This document shows positions 27,131 through 35,195 of a stretch of DNA of 64,000 nt, one piece after another. Position numbers and translations under genes: made by a program. Origin of the DNA: Candidatus Saccharimonadota bacterium (GTDB lineage: Bacteria; Patescibacteriota; Saccharimonadia; Saccharimonadales; Saccharimonadaceae); NCBI GenBank assembly GCA_041691795.1, contig JBEPTX010000004.1:78084-142083 (forward strand), in the 5' to 3' direction. The first letter of the stretch is position 1. Each line of letters opens with the position of its first letter. The notes beneath the pieces were generated by a model that worked only from the letters and a program-made list of their open reading frames with translations, ran no database searches and had not been told where the DNA came from.

Positions 27131-27856
27131 ATGACCTCTCATAATCTTCGTGGATTTACGATTATTGAACTCCTGCTTTTTCTTGGTATTACGGGTCTGA
27201 TGTTTGTTGGTTTGATGGCTGGCGTGAGTACTAATATTAATCAACAGCGCTATCGAGACAGCGTCAATACATTTGCAAGTTTGGTTCAACAGCAGTATTC
27301 TGCAGTTATCAATACGCGCAATGATCGTGATGGTAGTTGGCACTGTGATGCAAGTGTTGTTTCACAGGATGCAATCCATGGTCAAGCTCGCGGAACGACT
27401 GATTGTGTTGTGCTCGGGCGCTATATTCGAACTACTGATAATGGCAGCAAAGTTGAGACGGGCGATGTCGTTGGGACGGAGCCAAGCCTTCTTACGACGC
27501 TCCAGAGTGATCAGGCGGCTCTGACAGCCTATGTTCCCAAGGTTTCTGGATTCGGTCAGGAAATAGTCAATCCTGAGTGGGGGGCTGTACTGCGTGATAC
27601 CAATAAACAAGCGGCAAATTTCAGTATTCTTATCCTTCGTTCGCCGCTCAGTGGTTTGTTGAGGGTTTTTGCAATGAACAGTCCACTGCCATCGCAGCTG
27701 ACGGATATGATTAACAAAACGAATGCGACTACTAACCTGACAGTCTGTGTTGTTGCCGATGGCTGGTCACTAGGTCCAACTCAAGCGATTGTTGTGAATG
27801 CAGCGACGGCTGGTCCAAGTGGTGTTGCCATTAAGGGGGATAGTAACGGATGCTAA
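27131..27856 (+). CDS. Pseudopilin / minor pilin (241 aa)
   Basis: MTSHNLRG/FTIIELLLFLGITGLMFV class III signal. Confidence 0.8.
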   Translation: MTSHNLRGFTIIELLLFLGITGLMFVGLMAGVSTNINQQRYRDSVNTFASLVQQQYSAVINTRNDRDGSWHCDASVVSQDAIHGQARGTTDCVVLGRYIRTTDNGSKVETGDVVGTEPSLLTTLQSDQAALTAYVPKVSGFGQEIVNPEWGAVLRDTNKQAANFSILILRSPLSGLLRVFAMNSPLPSQLTDMINKTNATTNLTVCVVADGWSLGPTQAIVVNAATAGPSGVAIKGDSNGC

Positions 27857-28455
27857 ACCGACTTACAAACACCCAAAAAGGCGACACTATTATCGAAGTG
27901 CTGTTTGCAACGACGATCTTTAGTGTGGTTGCGATTGGTGGGCTTGCAATCATGAATCAGGGTACGGCGATGGCGCAAAGGGCTCTCGAAATTGGCCTTG
28001 TACGTGAGCAAATCGATAGTCAGGCTGATGCTTTGAGGTATCTTAATCAGGCTTATATTGCTGACTTTGGCAAGAATGGTGCAGCGACAATACGCTGGAA
28101 TAAAACGATTTTTGATAATGCAGTGACCCAAGCCACCCCTTTTGACAGTATGATAGTGAACAATAAATGTACTCAACCATCGCCTGGCGAGAAGCCGTTT
28201 GCACTTAATATTCAAAAACTTGATACAGACCCATTACTGACAATTAATTCCGATCCCGCAACGTACTCACAGGTGCGATATGATATGCCAACTGCATCCG
28301 CTGAAGGTATATGGGTTCAGGCTGTTCGTTCACCAGTTTCGCCAGGCCAGACTGGTTTTTATGATTTCCATATTCGTGCTTGCTGGGATAGTCCTGGCGA
28401 AACGGTGCCGGTGACGCTAGGTACAATTGTGAGGTTATATGAACCACGTGCGTGA
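27850..28455 (+). CDS. Pilin-like protein with atypical processing site (201 aa)
   Basis: ...NTQKG/DTIIEVLFATTIFSVVAIGGLAI. Gly-1 and Glu5 are retained, but +1 is Asp instead of Phe/Met. Confidence 0.6.
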   Translation: MLNRLTNTQKGDTIIEVLFATTIFSVVAIGGLAIMNQGTAMAQRALEIGLVREQIDSQADALRYLNQAYIADFGKNGAATIRWNKTIFDNAVTQATPFDSMIVNNKCTQPSPGEKPFALNIQKLDTDPLLTINSDPATYSQVRYDMPTASAEGIWVQAVRSPVSPGQTGFYDFHIRACWDSPGETVPVTLGTIVRLYEPRA

Positions 28456-29173
28456 ATCTCAGCGCGGCTTTACACTTATTGAATTGATTCTTGCAATGTC
28501 GTTTGTGTCGATATTACTTATGGCAATCACATTAACTGTCATTCAAATCACAAACATTTATACAAAAGGTTTGACCATGAGAGCCGTAGACCAAACTGGC
28601 CAGGCCATAACAAAGGACATACGCAGTAGTATTGAATCGAGTCGTACATTAGACGTTGGAACTGCGAACGTTGGTGGCGCAAATTACAAGACAATGGTTG
28701 CTGTTGGCGGTGATATCAACAAGCCAGATGGGGGACGTCTCTGCACAGGCTCATATTCATATATTTGGAATAACGGCAAGGGACTAACGAATCCTGTTAA
28801 TAAGTATGATAATGGTAGCGGTGTGATTCGGATGGTCAAAATTCGTGATAATGGAGCTCTCTATTGCAGCGATATTAGTCGTACAATTGATCATTCACTT
28901 GCCAGTGAAATGCTCGACGCTGGCGATCGCGAGCTGGCAGTGCAAAGCATGACAATTCGCCGAGCTGCACAAAATGCTGATTCGGGACAAACGCTTTACC
29001 AAATTAGTTTTGAACTTGGGACCAATGATCAGGATGCCTTGGACCACGGATCAGGTATTAATACGACCGACACTTCATGTAAACCCCCAGCAGACAATAA
29101 AGGTTTGACTAATTATTGTGCAGTCGATAAGTTTGATTTTACCGCCCGTACCGCAACGACAGGAGGAGCATAA
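28439..29173 (+). CDS. Pseudopilin / minor pilin (244 aa)
   Basis: MNHVRESQRG/FTLIELILAMSFVSILLMAI class III signal. Confidence 0.8.
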   Translation: MNHVRESQRGFTLIELILAMSFVSILLMAITLTVIQITNIYTKGLTMRAVDQTGQAITKDIRSSIESSRTLDVGTANVGGANYKTMVAVGGDINKPDGGRLCTGSYSYIWNNGKGLTNPVNKYDNGSGVIRMVKIRDNGALYCSDISRTIDHSLASEMLDAGDRELAVQSMTIRRAAQNADSGQTLYQISFELGTNDQDALDHGSGINTTDTSCKPPADNKGLTNYCAVDKFDFTARTATTGGA

Positions 29174-30372
29174 TGTTAGAAATACAACGTAGTGAAAAAG
29201 GCGCCGTTTCACTCTTTATAGTTATTTTTACAGCACTTTTGATTACTGTCATCTCTGTTAGTTTTATTCGTTTGATGGTTCAAGATCAAACGCAAGCAAC
29301 AACAGCAGATCTCTCTGCGAGTGCTTATGACTCAGCTCAGGCAGGTGTCGAGGATGCAAAAAGGCTTCTCGTGAGTTATCAAACAGACTGTGTTGCGACG
29401 CAATCTCCGCAGGCAAAGTGTGCAGCCATCGAACAGTTGTTGCGTGTCAGTCTGCCGTGCGACACGATTCAGCAGTCGGGCATTGCAGGTAATAAGGCCG
29501 ATAACGAGGTTGTTATCAAACAGACTGAAAGCGATCAGATGTTGCAGCAAGCCTATACTTGCGTAAAGGTTATGATTGATACAGATGATTATATTGGCAG
29601 TGTCGATAGTGGCCAGTCACGATTGATTCCGCTAAAGGGTACAGGTGACTTCAACCAGGTTGTGTTGCAGTGGTTTTCACAAACAGATCTTCAGGATGCA
29701 AGTAGTGGGCCTGGTCAAAAAACAATTGATTTACCATCCGATCCAACACTTCTCACACTTCCAAAACTGAAAGATTGGTCAAAAAACCGCCCATCATTAA
29801 TGCGTGCCCAGCTTATTCAGTTCGGTCCGAGTTTCAAATTATCTAACTTTGATAAAACACCCGATGGTTTTAGTAATGCTCACACCTTATTCCTTGATCC
29901 ATATGCCGTAGGGAGTGACGCCGTTGATTTTGCTCAGGATACACGTCTTTCACAATCATCTGGTGTTTTGCAGCCCGTCCTATGTGATCGTAACTTCTCA
30001 ACCAGTACGGTCGACGAAAACTATGCTTGTAGTGTCACGCTGAGTTTACCAAGCCCTGTTGGGGCAACCGATGGGTCGCGAACGGCCTTTCTGCGGCTTG
30101 ATCCAATCTACAACAGTTTGACGCACTTTAGTGTCAAACTTCAGAATGGGTCCAATATAGTGAAATTCAGGAATGTTCAGCCGATTGTCGATTCGACGGG
30201 TCGTGCAAATGATCTGTTCCGCCGAGTTCAAAGTCGTGTTGAGCTTCAATCAAACGATACCTTTTCATACCCAGACAGCGCAATCAATCTGACGGGTAGC
30301 CTCTGTAAAACATTCCTCGTTACGGACAAGGCAGCGGATTATACTCAAGGCCTGTGCGACCCCAAGGCTTAA
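29173..30372 (+). CDS. PilX-N-like pilus protein (399 aa)
   Basis: EKGAVSLFIVIFTALLITVISVSFIRLMV hydrophobic N-terminus without Glu5. Last gene of the pseudopilin operon (TAATG overlap). Confidence 0.55.
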   Translation: MLEIQRSEKGAVSLFIVIFTALLITVISVSFIRLMVQDQTQATTADLSASAYDSAQAGVEDAKRLLVSYQTDCVATQSPQAKCAAIEQLLRVSLPCDTIQQSGIAGNKADNEVVIKQTESDQMLQQAYTCVKVMIDTDDYIGSVDSGQSRLIPLKGTGDFNQVVLQWFSQTDLQDASSGPGQKTIDLPSDPTLLTLPKLKDWSKNRPSLMRAQLIQFGPSFKLSNFDKTPDGFSNAHTLFLDPYAVGSDAVDFAQDTRLSQSSGVLQPVLCDRNFSTSTVDENYACSVTLSLPSPVGATDGSRTAFLRLDPIYNSLTHFSVKLQNGSNIVKFRNVQPIVDSTGRANDLFRRVQSRVELQSNDTFSYPDSAINLTGSLCKTFLVTDKAADYTQGLCDPKA

Positions 30373-31307
30373 TCTGTTTTTGTATCGCTATGAAACTTTT
30401 CGTAGATCTCCCGGAGATGTTCATCAGTGACATGGGTATACACCTGCGTCGTACTGATGTTACTGTGGCCGAGCATCACCTGGACGCTACGAATATCAGC
30501 ACCATTCATGAGTAGATCTGTGGCGTAGCTGTGGCGCATTGTGTGTGGGCTAACATGTTTGGTGATGCCTGCAAGTCTGGCGTAGCGACTAATGATTCGC
30601 TGAACGCTACGAGCGGTAAGCCGTCGGTAGTCACCTGTTGTCGTGGCAGTATTATTACGGCTGTAGCTGAGGAATAGGGGCGGTAGGTTGTCTGATCTGG
30701 CAGATAGATAATTTGTGACATGCTCGGCAGCTGCTTCACCAATAAAGACTGGGCGATCTTTCTGTGCCTTTCCACGGACCATAAACTCGCGCCGCTTGGT
30801 GTTGATATGATCCCTGTTGAGATTAATTAATTCCGATACACGCAGGCCGCTCGAGAAGAGAAGCTCGATAATTGCTCGATCACGCAGGCCCGATTCGCTG
30901 TCTAGCTGTATTCCCGCTAGCAATCGCTCAACTTCATCATAGTGCAAAAAGGTAACTTGTTTGCGACTTACTTTTGGTAAAATGATTTTTTCTGGACTCA
31001 AACTATCAATATCACGTGAAGAAATGTAGTTTAAAAAACCACGAAGTGCGATCAAATGGTAGCTTTGAGTGATAGTCGCCAGATCACCAGCATTGTTGTT
31101 TTTATAACGACTTAACCAAAGTCGATATTTTCGAATTATTTCTGTAGTTATATTTGCAACATCTATGTCACCTGCAAATTCAACAAATCTATCCAAATAT
31201 AAGTGATAATTTTCGGCTGTCTTACCAGATCGACCACCTTCTACCTCTAGGTGTTCGATGTAGTCTTGTATCAATTCCGAAACATACATGCCTTTAGCAT
31301 AGCGCAA
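30369..31307 (-). CDS. Tyrosine site-specific recombinase, XerC/XerD-like
   Basis: SAM-like N-domain (YIEHLEVEGGRSGKTAENYHLYLDRF). Catalytic motifs RAIIELLFSSGLRVSE, HTMRHSYATDLL, LGHSNISTTQVYTHV. Confidence 0.85.
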   Translation of the reverse strand: MRYAKGMYVSELIQDYIEHLEVEGGRSGKTAENYHLYLDRFVEFAGDIDVANITTEIIRKYRLWLSRYKNNNAGDLATITQSYHLIALRGFLNYISSRDIDSLSPEKIILPKVSRKQVTFLHYDEVERLLAGIQLDSESGLRDRAIIELLFSSGLRVSELINLNRDHINTKRREFMVRGKAQKDRPVFIGEAAAEHVTNYLSARSDNLPPLFLSYSRNNTATTTGDYRRLTARSVQRIISRYARLAGITKHVSPHTMRHSYATDLLMNGADIRSVQVMLGHSNISTTQVYTHVTDEHLREIYEKFHSDTKTD

Positions 31308-31336
31308 AACAACTTGAGACGATATAATAGGGCATA

Positions 31337-32140
31337 ATGAATTTGTTTGAAACGATTGTTCTCGGGCTTGTCCAAGGTCTGACCGAGTTTATCCCTGTTA
31401 GTAGTTCGGGGCATTTGGTTATTGCCCAATATTTTTTCTCTGGTGCATCTGATCATCACTTCCTTGAGTGGATTGATCTTGGTACGCTGCTTGCACTTGT
31501 TGTTTACTTCTGGAATCGCTTGATTGGCATTGCTCACGATATTTTTGTCAAAAAGAATTATCGCTTGGCGCTCAATATTATGATCACTGCGCTACCTGCT
31601 GGTATTATGGGCCTTTTACTATCAGGCTTTATTGATCGAACGCCATTCTTTGGGAGCATTGTGACGGTTACTGTAACGCTTGGACTTGTTGGTATTATCA
31701 TGGTTGTTGTCGATAAACTTCCCAAAGCTAGCCCCATCAAAGACGGTGAAAAACTGAGTCCGATGAGGGCACTCGCAATCGGGTTGGTACAGGTGTTTGC
31801 TCTTATTCCTGGCGTGTCACGATCTGGTTCGACGATTGTTGCTGGTCGTCTGGCCGGTCTGGATTCCAAGCAAGCAGCTGAATATAGCTTTTTGGCGTCA
31901 CTTCCAATCATGGCCGGGCTTACGCTGAAACTGGTTGTTTCGTCATCAGACCGTCAGTATTTCATGGATCATTTGGCCATACTGACAATCAGTAACATTG
32001 TCGCTTTTATATCAGGTTGGATCGCGGTTGGATTCCTGATCCGCTATCTTTCGAAACACGGTCTTGCCCTGTTCGGTTGGTACCGAATTGGCCTCTCGGC
32101 TGTGCTTGCAGTTGCTCTTTTGTTACAATGGATCAAGTAA
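31337..32140 (+). CDS. uppP: Undecaprenyl-diphosphate phosphatase
   Basis: GLVQGLTEFIPVSSSGHL and PGVSRSGSTI motifs, polytopic. TATAAT at 31323-31328 lies 8 nt before the ATG. Confidence 0.9.
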   Translation: MNLFETIVLGLVQGLTEFIPVSSSGHLVIAQYFFSGASDHHFLEWIDLGTLLALVVYFWNRLIGIAHDIFVKKNYRLALNIMITALPAGIMGLLLSGFIDRTPFFGSIVTVTVTLGLVGIIMVVVDKLPKASPIKDGEKLSPMRALAIGLVQVFALIPGVSRSGSTIVAGRLAGLDSKQAAEYSFLASLPIMAGLTLKLVVSSSDRQYFMDHLAILTISNIVAFISGWIAVGFLIRYLSKHGLALFGWYRIGLSAVLAVALLLQWIK

Positions 32141-32153
32141 TCAAAGGAGAAAT

Positions 32154-32663
32154 ATGAATTCAAAAGATGTCCAGAAATCGTTAGTAGTATTCAAACCGGA
32201 CACCGTTCAGCGTGGCCTCGTGGGTGAAATCTTGTCCAGATTCGAGCGAGTTGGTCTTAAGATTGTTGCTACCAAAATGATCGCACCAGACAAGGCTCAC
32301 TACCACAAGCACTACGAAGAGATTGGCCAGATGATTACTCGTCGTGGTGAGCACGCGTTTGACGTGACACTTGCAATGATGATCGAGGGTCCAGTAATTG
32401 CGATGGTGTTCGAAGGTGTTGAGGCGGTCGCACTGATCCGTAAGCTAGTTGGCACAACCGAGCCAAAATCAGCCCTTCCAGGTACTATTCGTGGCGACTA
32501 TTCGCACATGAGTTTTAGCTACGCTGACTCAGAGAATAAAGGTATTCCAAATCTGATCCATGCGAGTGGTGACGTCGAAGAAGCTGAAAAGGAAATTGCC
32601 CATTGGTTCTCTGACGAAGAACTGTATGAGTACAAGACGCTCCACGAGAAATTTACACGTTAA
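32154..32663 (+). CDS. ndk: Nucleoside-diphosphate kinase
   Basis: SLVVFKPDTVQRGLVGEILSRFE, GTIRGDY, NLIHASGD active-site His motif. SD AAAGGAGA before ATG 32154. Confidence 0.85.
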   Translation: MNSKDVQKSLVVFKPDTVQRGLVGEILSRFERVGLKIVATKMIAPDKAHYHKHYEEIGQMITRRGEHAFDVTLAMMIEGPVIAMVFEGVEAVALIRKLVGTTEPKSALPGTIRGDYSHMSFSYADSENKGIPNLIHASGDVEEAEKEIAHWFSDEELYEYKTLHEKFTR

Positions 32664-32682
32664 TCATTGAATAGTCATAAGC

Positions 32683-32712
32683 AACGACAGGGGATAGAAC
32701 CTCTGTCGTTTA
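32683..32712 (+). terminator. Hairpin after ndk
   Basis: aacgacag-N12-ctgtcgtt followed by tat. Confidence 0.4.
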
Positions 32713-32721
32713 TGCTACAAT
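32713..32721 (+). promoter_or_regulatory. Extended -10 promoter TGCTACAAT of tRNA-Arg
   Basis: Located 17 nt upstream of the mature tRNA 5' end. Confidence 0.5.
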
Positions 32722-32738
32722 GATAGCAAGGCAGGTAG

Positions 32739-32815
32739 GCCTCGGTAGCTCAACTGGATAGAGCAGATCCGTCCTAAGGATAAGGTTGTAGGTTCGACTC
32801 CTGCCCGGGGTACCA
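32739..32815 (+). tRNA. tRNA-Arg (anticodon CCT)
   Basis: Cloverleaf folded by hand: acceptor gcctcgg/ccggggt, D arm gctc..gagc, anticodon loop gtCCTaa, T arm gtagg-ttcgact-cctgc, encoded CCA. Confidence 0.85.
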
Positions 32816-32983
32816 CGTCGAAGTTCGTTTCGGCCTCTGTGAATTTTTGCAAATAAGTGGCAAAAATTACACCGAGACCTCCACGTCTTCTCCTTACAAA
32901 ATCGCAAACAGCTAAAGCTTGATTTACGATTTTGGAAGCACTAATGTGCGTTGATAGTTAGGAAACATTAGGAAAGCAGCAAG

Positions 32984-33520
32984 ATGACTAAGAAAAACGT
33001 AGACAAGCAGCTTGATTTTGACGGTCAGCGCGACGATGAGCAGTTACTGTTTGTATTTCGCCGTCATCCGATAGCCATGCGAAAAGCATACTATCTTCTG
33101 TTGATCCCGCTGGTTATTACGTGTATCCCGCCCCTCATTTGGCAGACTCATCTCGAATTATTTCTTTTGCCAATTATTGGCCTAGGGATCGGACTACTGT
33201 TATTTCTGTATCATTTCATTATGTGGTACTTTACGATTTATATTGTCACCGATCAACGCATTCGTCAGATCACACAACGTGGTTTTTTTGGCAAAGACGT
33301 GGTCGAACTACGCCTGTCCAAGATTCAAAACATAAGCTATAATATACCTGGGTTTACTGGAGAATTATTGGGCTTCGGCACGATCATTATTCAAACCCTT
33401 GTGGGCGATCTTATTATCCACAAAGTCGGCCATCCCGACGCAACTTACAACAAGCTACAAGATGCAGTCAGTGCTGCGATATCAGAACAGGATACCCATG
33501 AAGAAGTTATTTCGCTCTAA
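32984..33520 (+). CDS. Membrane protein with bacterial PH (bPH_2/YdbS-like) domain
   Basis: Two TM helices followed by YIVTDQRIRQITQRGFFGKDVVELRLSKIQNISY...FGTIIIQT pattern. Confidence 0.6.
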   Translation: MTKKNVDKQLDFDGQRDDEQLLFVFRRHPIAMRKAYYLLLIPLVITCIPPLIWQTHLELFLLPIIGLGIGLLLFLYHFIMWYFTIYIVTDQRIRQITQRGFFGKDVVELRLSKIQNISYNIPGFTGELLGFGTIIIQTLVGDLIIHKVGHPDATYNKLQDAVSAAISEQDTHEEVISL

Positions 33521-34553
33521 AAAACACAAAGAAGCCGAGCACCAGGGTGCCCGTATTACTAATGAAACAGTCGCTGAACACCGTGAGCGTATTCTCGCTG
33601 GTGGTCGCCGATTTAAATATCCCGTTCAATACGCGCGTCATCGTTTGGTCATCAACACTATTGTCATCAGTGTTATCGCGCTAGCTCTCCTTAGTGTGAC
33701 TGTTTGGTGGCAACTCTATCCTGTACAGAACTCATCAGATTTCTTCTACCGTATTACTCGTGTTCTGCCTTTGCCAGTCGCTACTATCGATGGTCAGGAT
33801 GTTCGCTTTAGTGATTATCTTGTTGGCTACCGCAGCCAGGCACACTACTTGCAGTTCAAAGAGGGCATTGATCTAAGCAGTGCCGATAACAAGTCTCAAG
33901 TCGACTATATCAAGCGTAAAGCGCTTGACGATGCAATTGCTGATACCTATGCGACTAAGCTTGCGCATCAATATCATATTAGTATTAGCAACGCTCAGGT
34001 AGATGCTGCAATTCAACGTCAACGAAAGTCTCGTGATGGTACTGCATCCGAAGAAACGTATAATGCAATTATTCTCGATCACTTTGATTGGACGCCAGAT
34101 GAAGCACGCGGCGTGACTTCACGCGAGCTTCTCCGTCAGGAGGTAGCCTACAAGATTGATGATCAAGCTAATCATCAACGTGATGCGCTGACTACAGGCC
34201 TCAAGACACAACCTGATTTTGACAAGCTGGCAGCGGCACTTGGCGGTACCGGTGACGCAAAAGTAATAGCTGGTGTGACACCGCTGGTTCCAAGCAATAA
34301 TCAGGATGGGGGATTAGCCGCAACTGCTGCAGGGCTTAAAAAGGGTGAAATTTCACCTGTCTTTCGATCTACGACCGGTGATGGCTACTATGTTGTTCGT
34401 CTTCTTGATAGTGACACCAGTGGTCATGTCAGTTATGCATTTATTAAAATTCCACTGACTGTTTTTAGCGAAGACTTAGCAAAAATCACCAAAGACGGTA
34501 AAGTGAAGGAATATATCTCTGTACCACCACTTCAAGCTCAGAATGGTCAGTAA
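33498..34553 (+). CDS. Membrane-anchored parvulin/SurA-like peptidyl-prolyl isomerase (PrsA-like)
   Basis: Start at ATG 33498 (MKKLFRSKKHK). Single TM. C-terminal KKGEISPVFRSTTGDGYYVVRLLD rotamase-like segment. Confidence 0.5.
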   Translation: MKKLFRSKKHKEAEHQGARITNETVAEHRERILAGGRRFKYPVQYARHRLVINTIVISVIALALLSVTVWWQLYPVQNSSDFFYRITRVLPLPVATIDGQDVRFSDYLVGYRSQAHYLQFKEGIDLSSADNKSQVDYIKRKALDDAIADTYATKLAHQYHISISNAQVDAAIQRQRKSRDGTASEETYNAIILDHFDWTPDEARGVTSRELLRQEVAYKIDDQANHQRDALTTGLKTQPDFDKLAAALGGTGDAKVIAGVTPLVPSNNQDGGLAATAAGLKKGEISPVFRSTTGDGYYVVRLLDSDTSGHVSYAFIKIPLTVFSEDLAKITKDGKVKEYISVPPLQAQNGQ

Positions 34554-34579
34554 TCTTAACAAAGCAAGGAGGAGTAACA

Positions 34580-35179
34580 ATGTATCAATTACCAGAACTC
34601 GGGTATGAGTACGATGCACTCGGTAAATATATTAGTCGTGAAATTATGGAGCTGCATCATTCAAAGCACCATCAGACATACGTCGATAAGCTAAACGCGG
34701 CAATCGATAATGCACCTGCACTTCGTGAGCGACCTCTTGAAAGCCTTCTGACGGATCTGAATAGCCTTCCTGAGTCTGTCCAGACAGCTATTCGCAATAA
34801 TGGTGGCGGACACCTTAACCACAGTCTTTTTTGGCAATGGATGTCGCCCGATGGGGGTGGGCAGCCAAGTGGCAAGCTTGCAGCTGAGATTGATGCCAAG
34901 TATGGTAGTTTTCAAGGCTTTATTGATGAATTTAGTAAACAAGCTCTTGGTGTTTTTGGAAGCGGCTGGGCCTGGCTTCAACCTGATCTCGAGATTATAA
35001 CGACACCCAATCAAGACACACCAATCATGCTTGGCAAGTCTGCACCTCTGCTTGGTCTGGATGTCTGGGAACATGCCTACTATCTGGACTACAAGAACAA
35101 ACGAGTAGACTACATCGCCGCTTGGTGGGAAGTTGTTAATTGGTCAACAGTAGAAAAGTTTTATAACGATTCGCTGTAA
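34580..35179 (+). CDS. sodA: Superoxide dismutase (Fe/Mn family)
   Basis: LPELGYEYDAL, HHSKHHQTYV, GLDVWEHAYYLDY motifs. SD AAGGAGGAG. Confidence 0.95.
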   Translation: MYQLPELGYEYDALGKYISREIMELHHSKHHQTYVDKLNAAIDNAPALRERPLESLLTDLNSLPESVQTAIRNNGGGHLNHSLFWQWMSPDGGGQPSGKLAAEIDAKYGSFQGFIDEFSKQALGVFGSGWAWLQPDLEIITTPNQDTPIMLGKSAPLLGLDVWEHAYYLDYKNKRVDYIAAWWEVVNWSTVEKFYNDSL

Positions 35180-35195
35180 ATAATTCAACGATTAA

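Noticed and set aside
32710-32907. 65-aa minus-strand ORF
   Set aside because: It overlaps tRNA-Arg(CCT) and its promoter on the opposite strand. There is no SD and the composition is junk-like.
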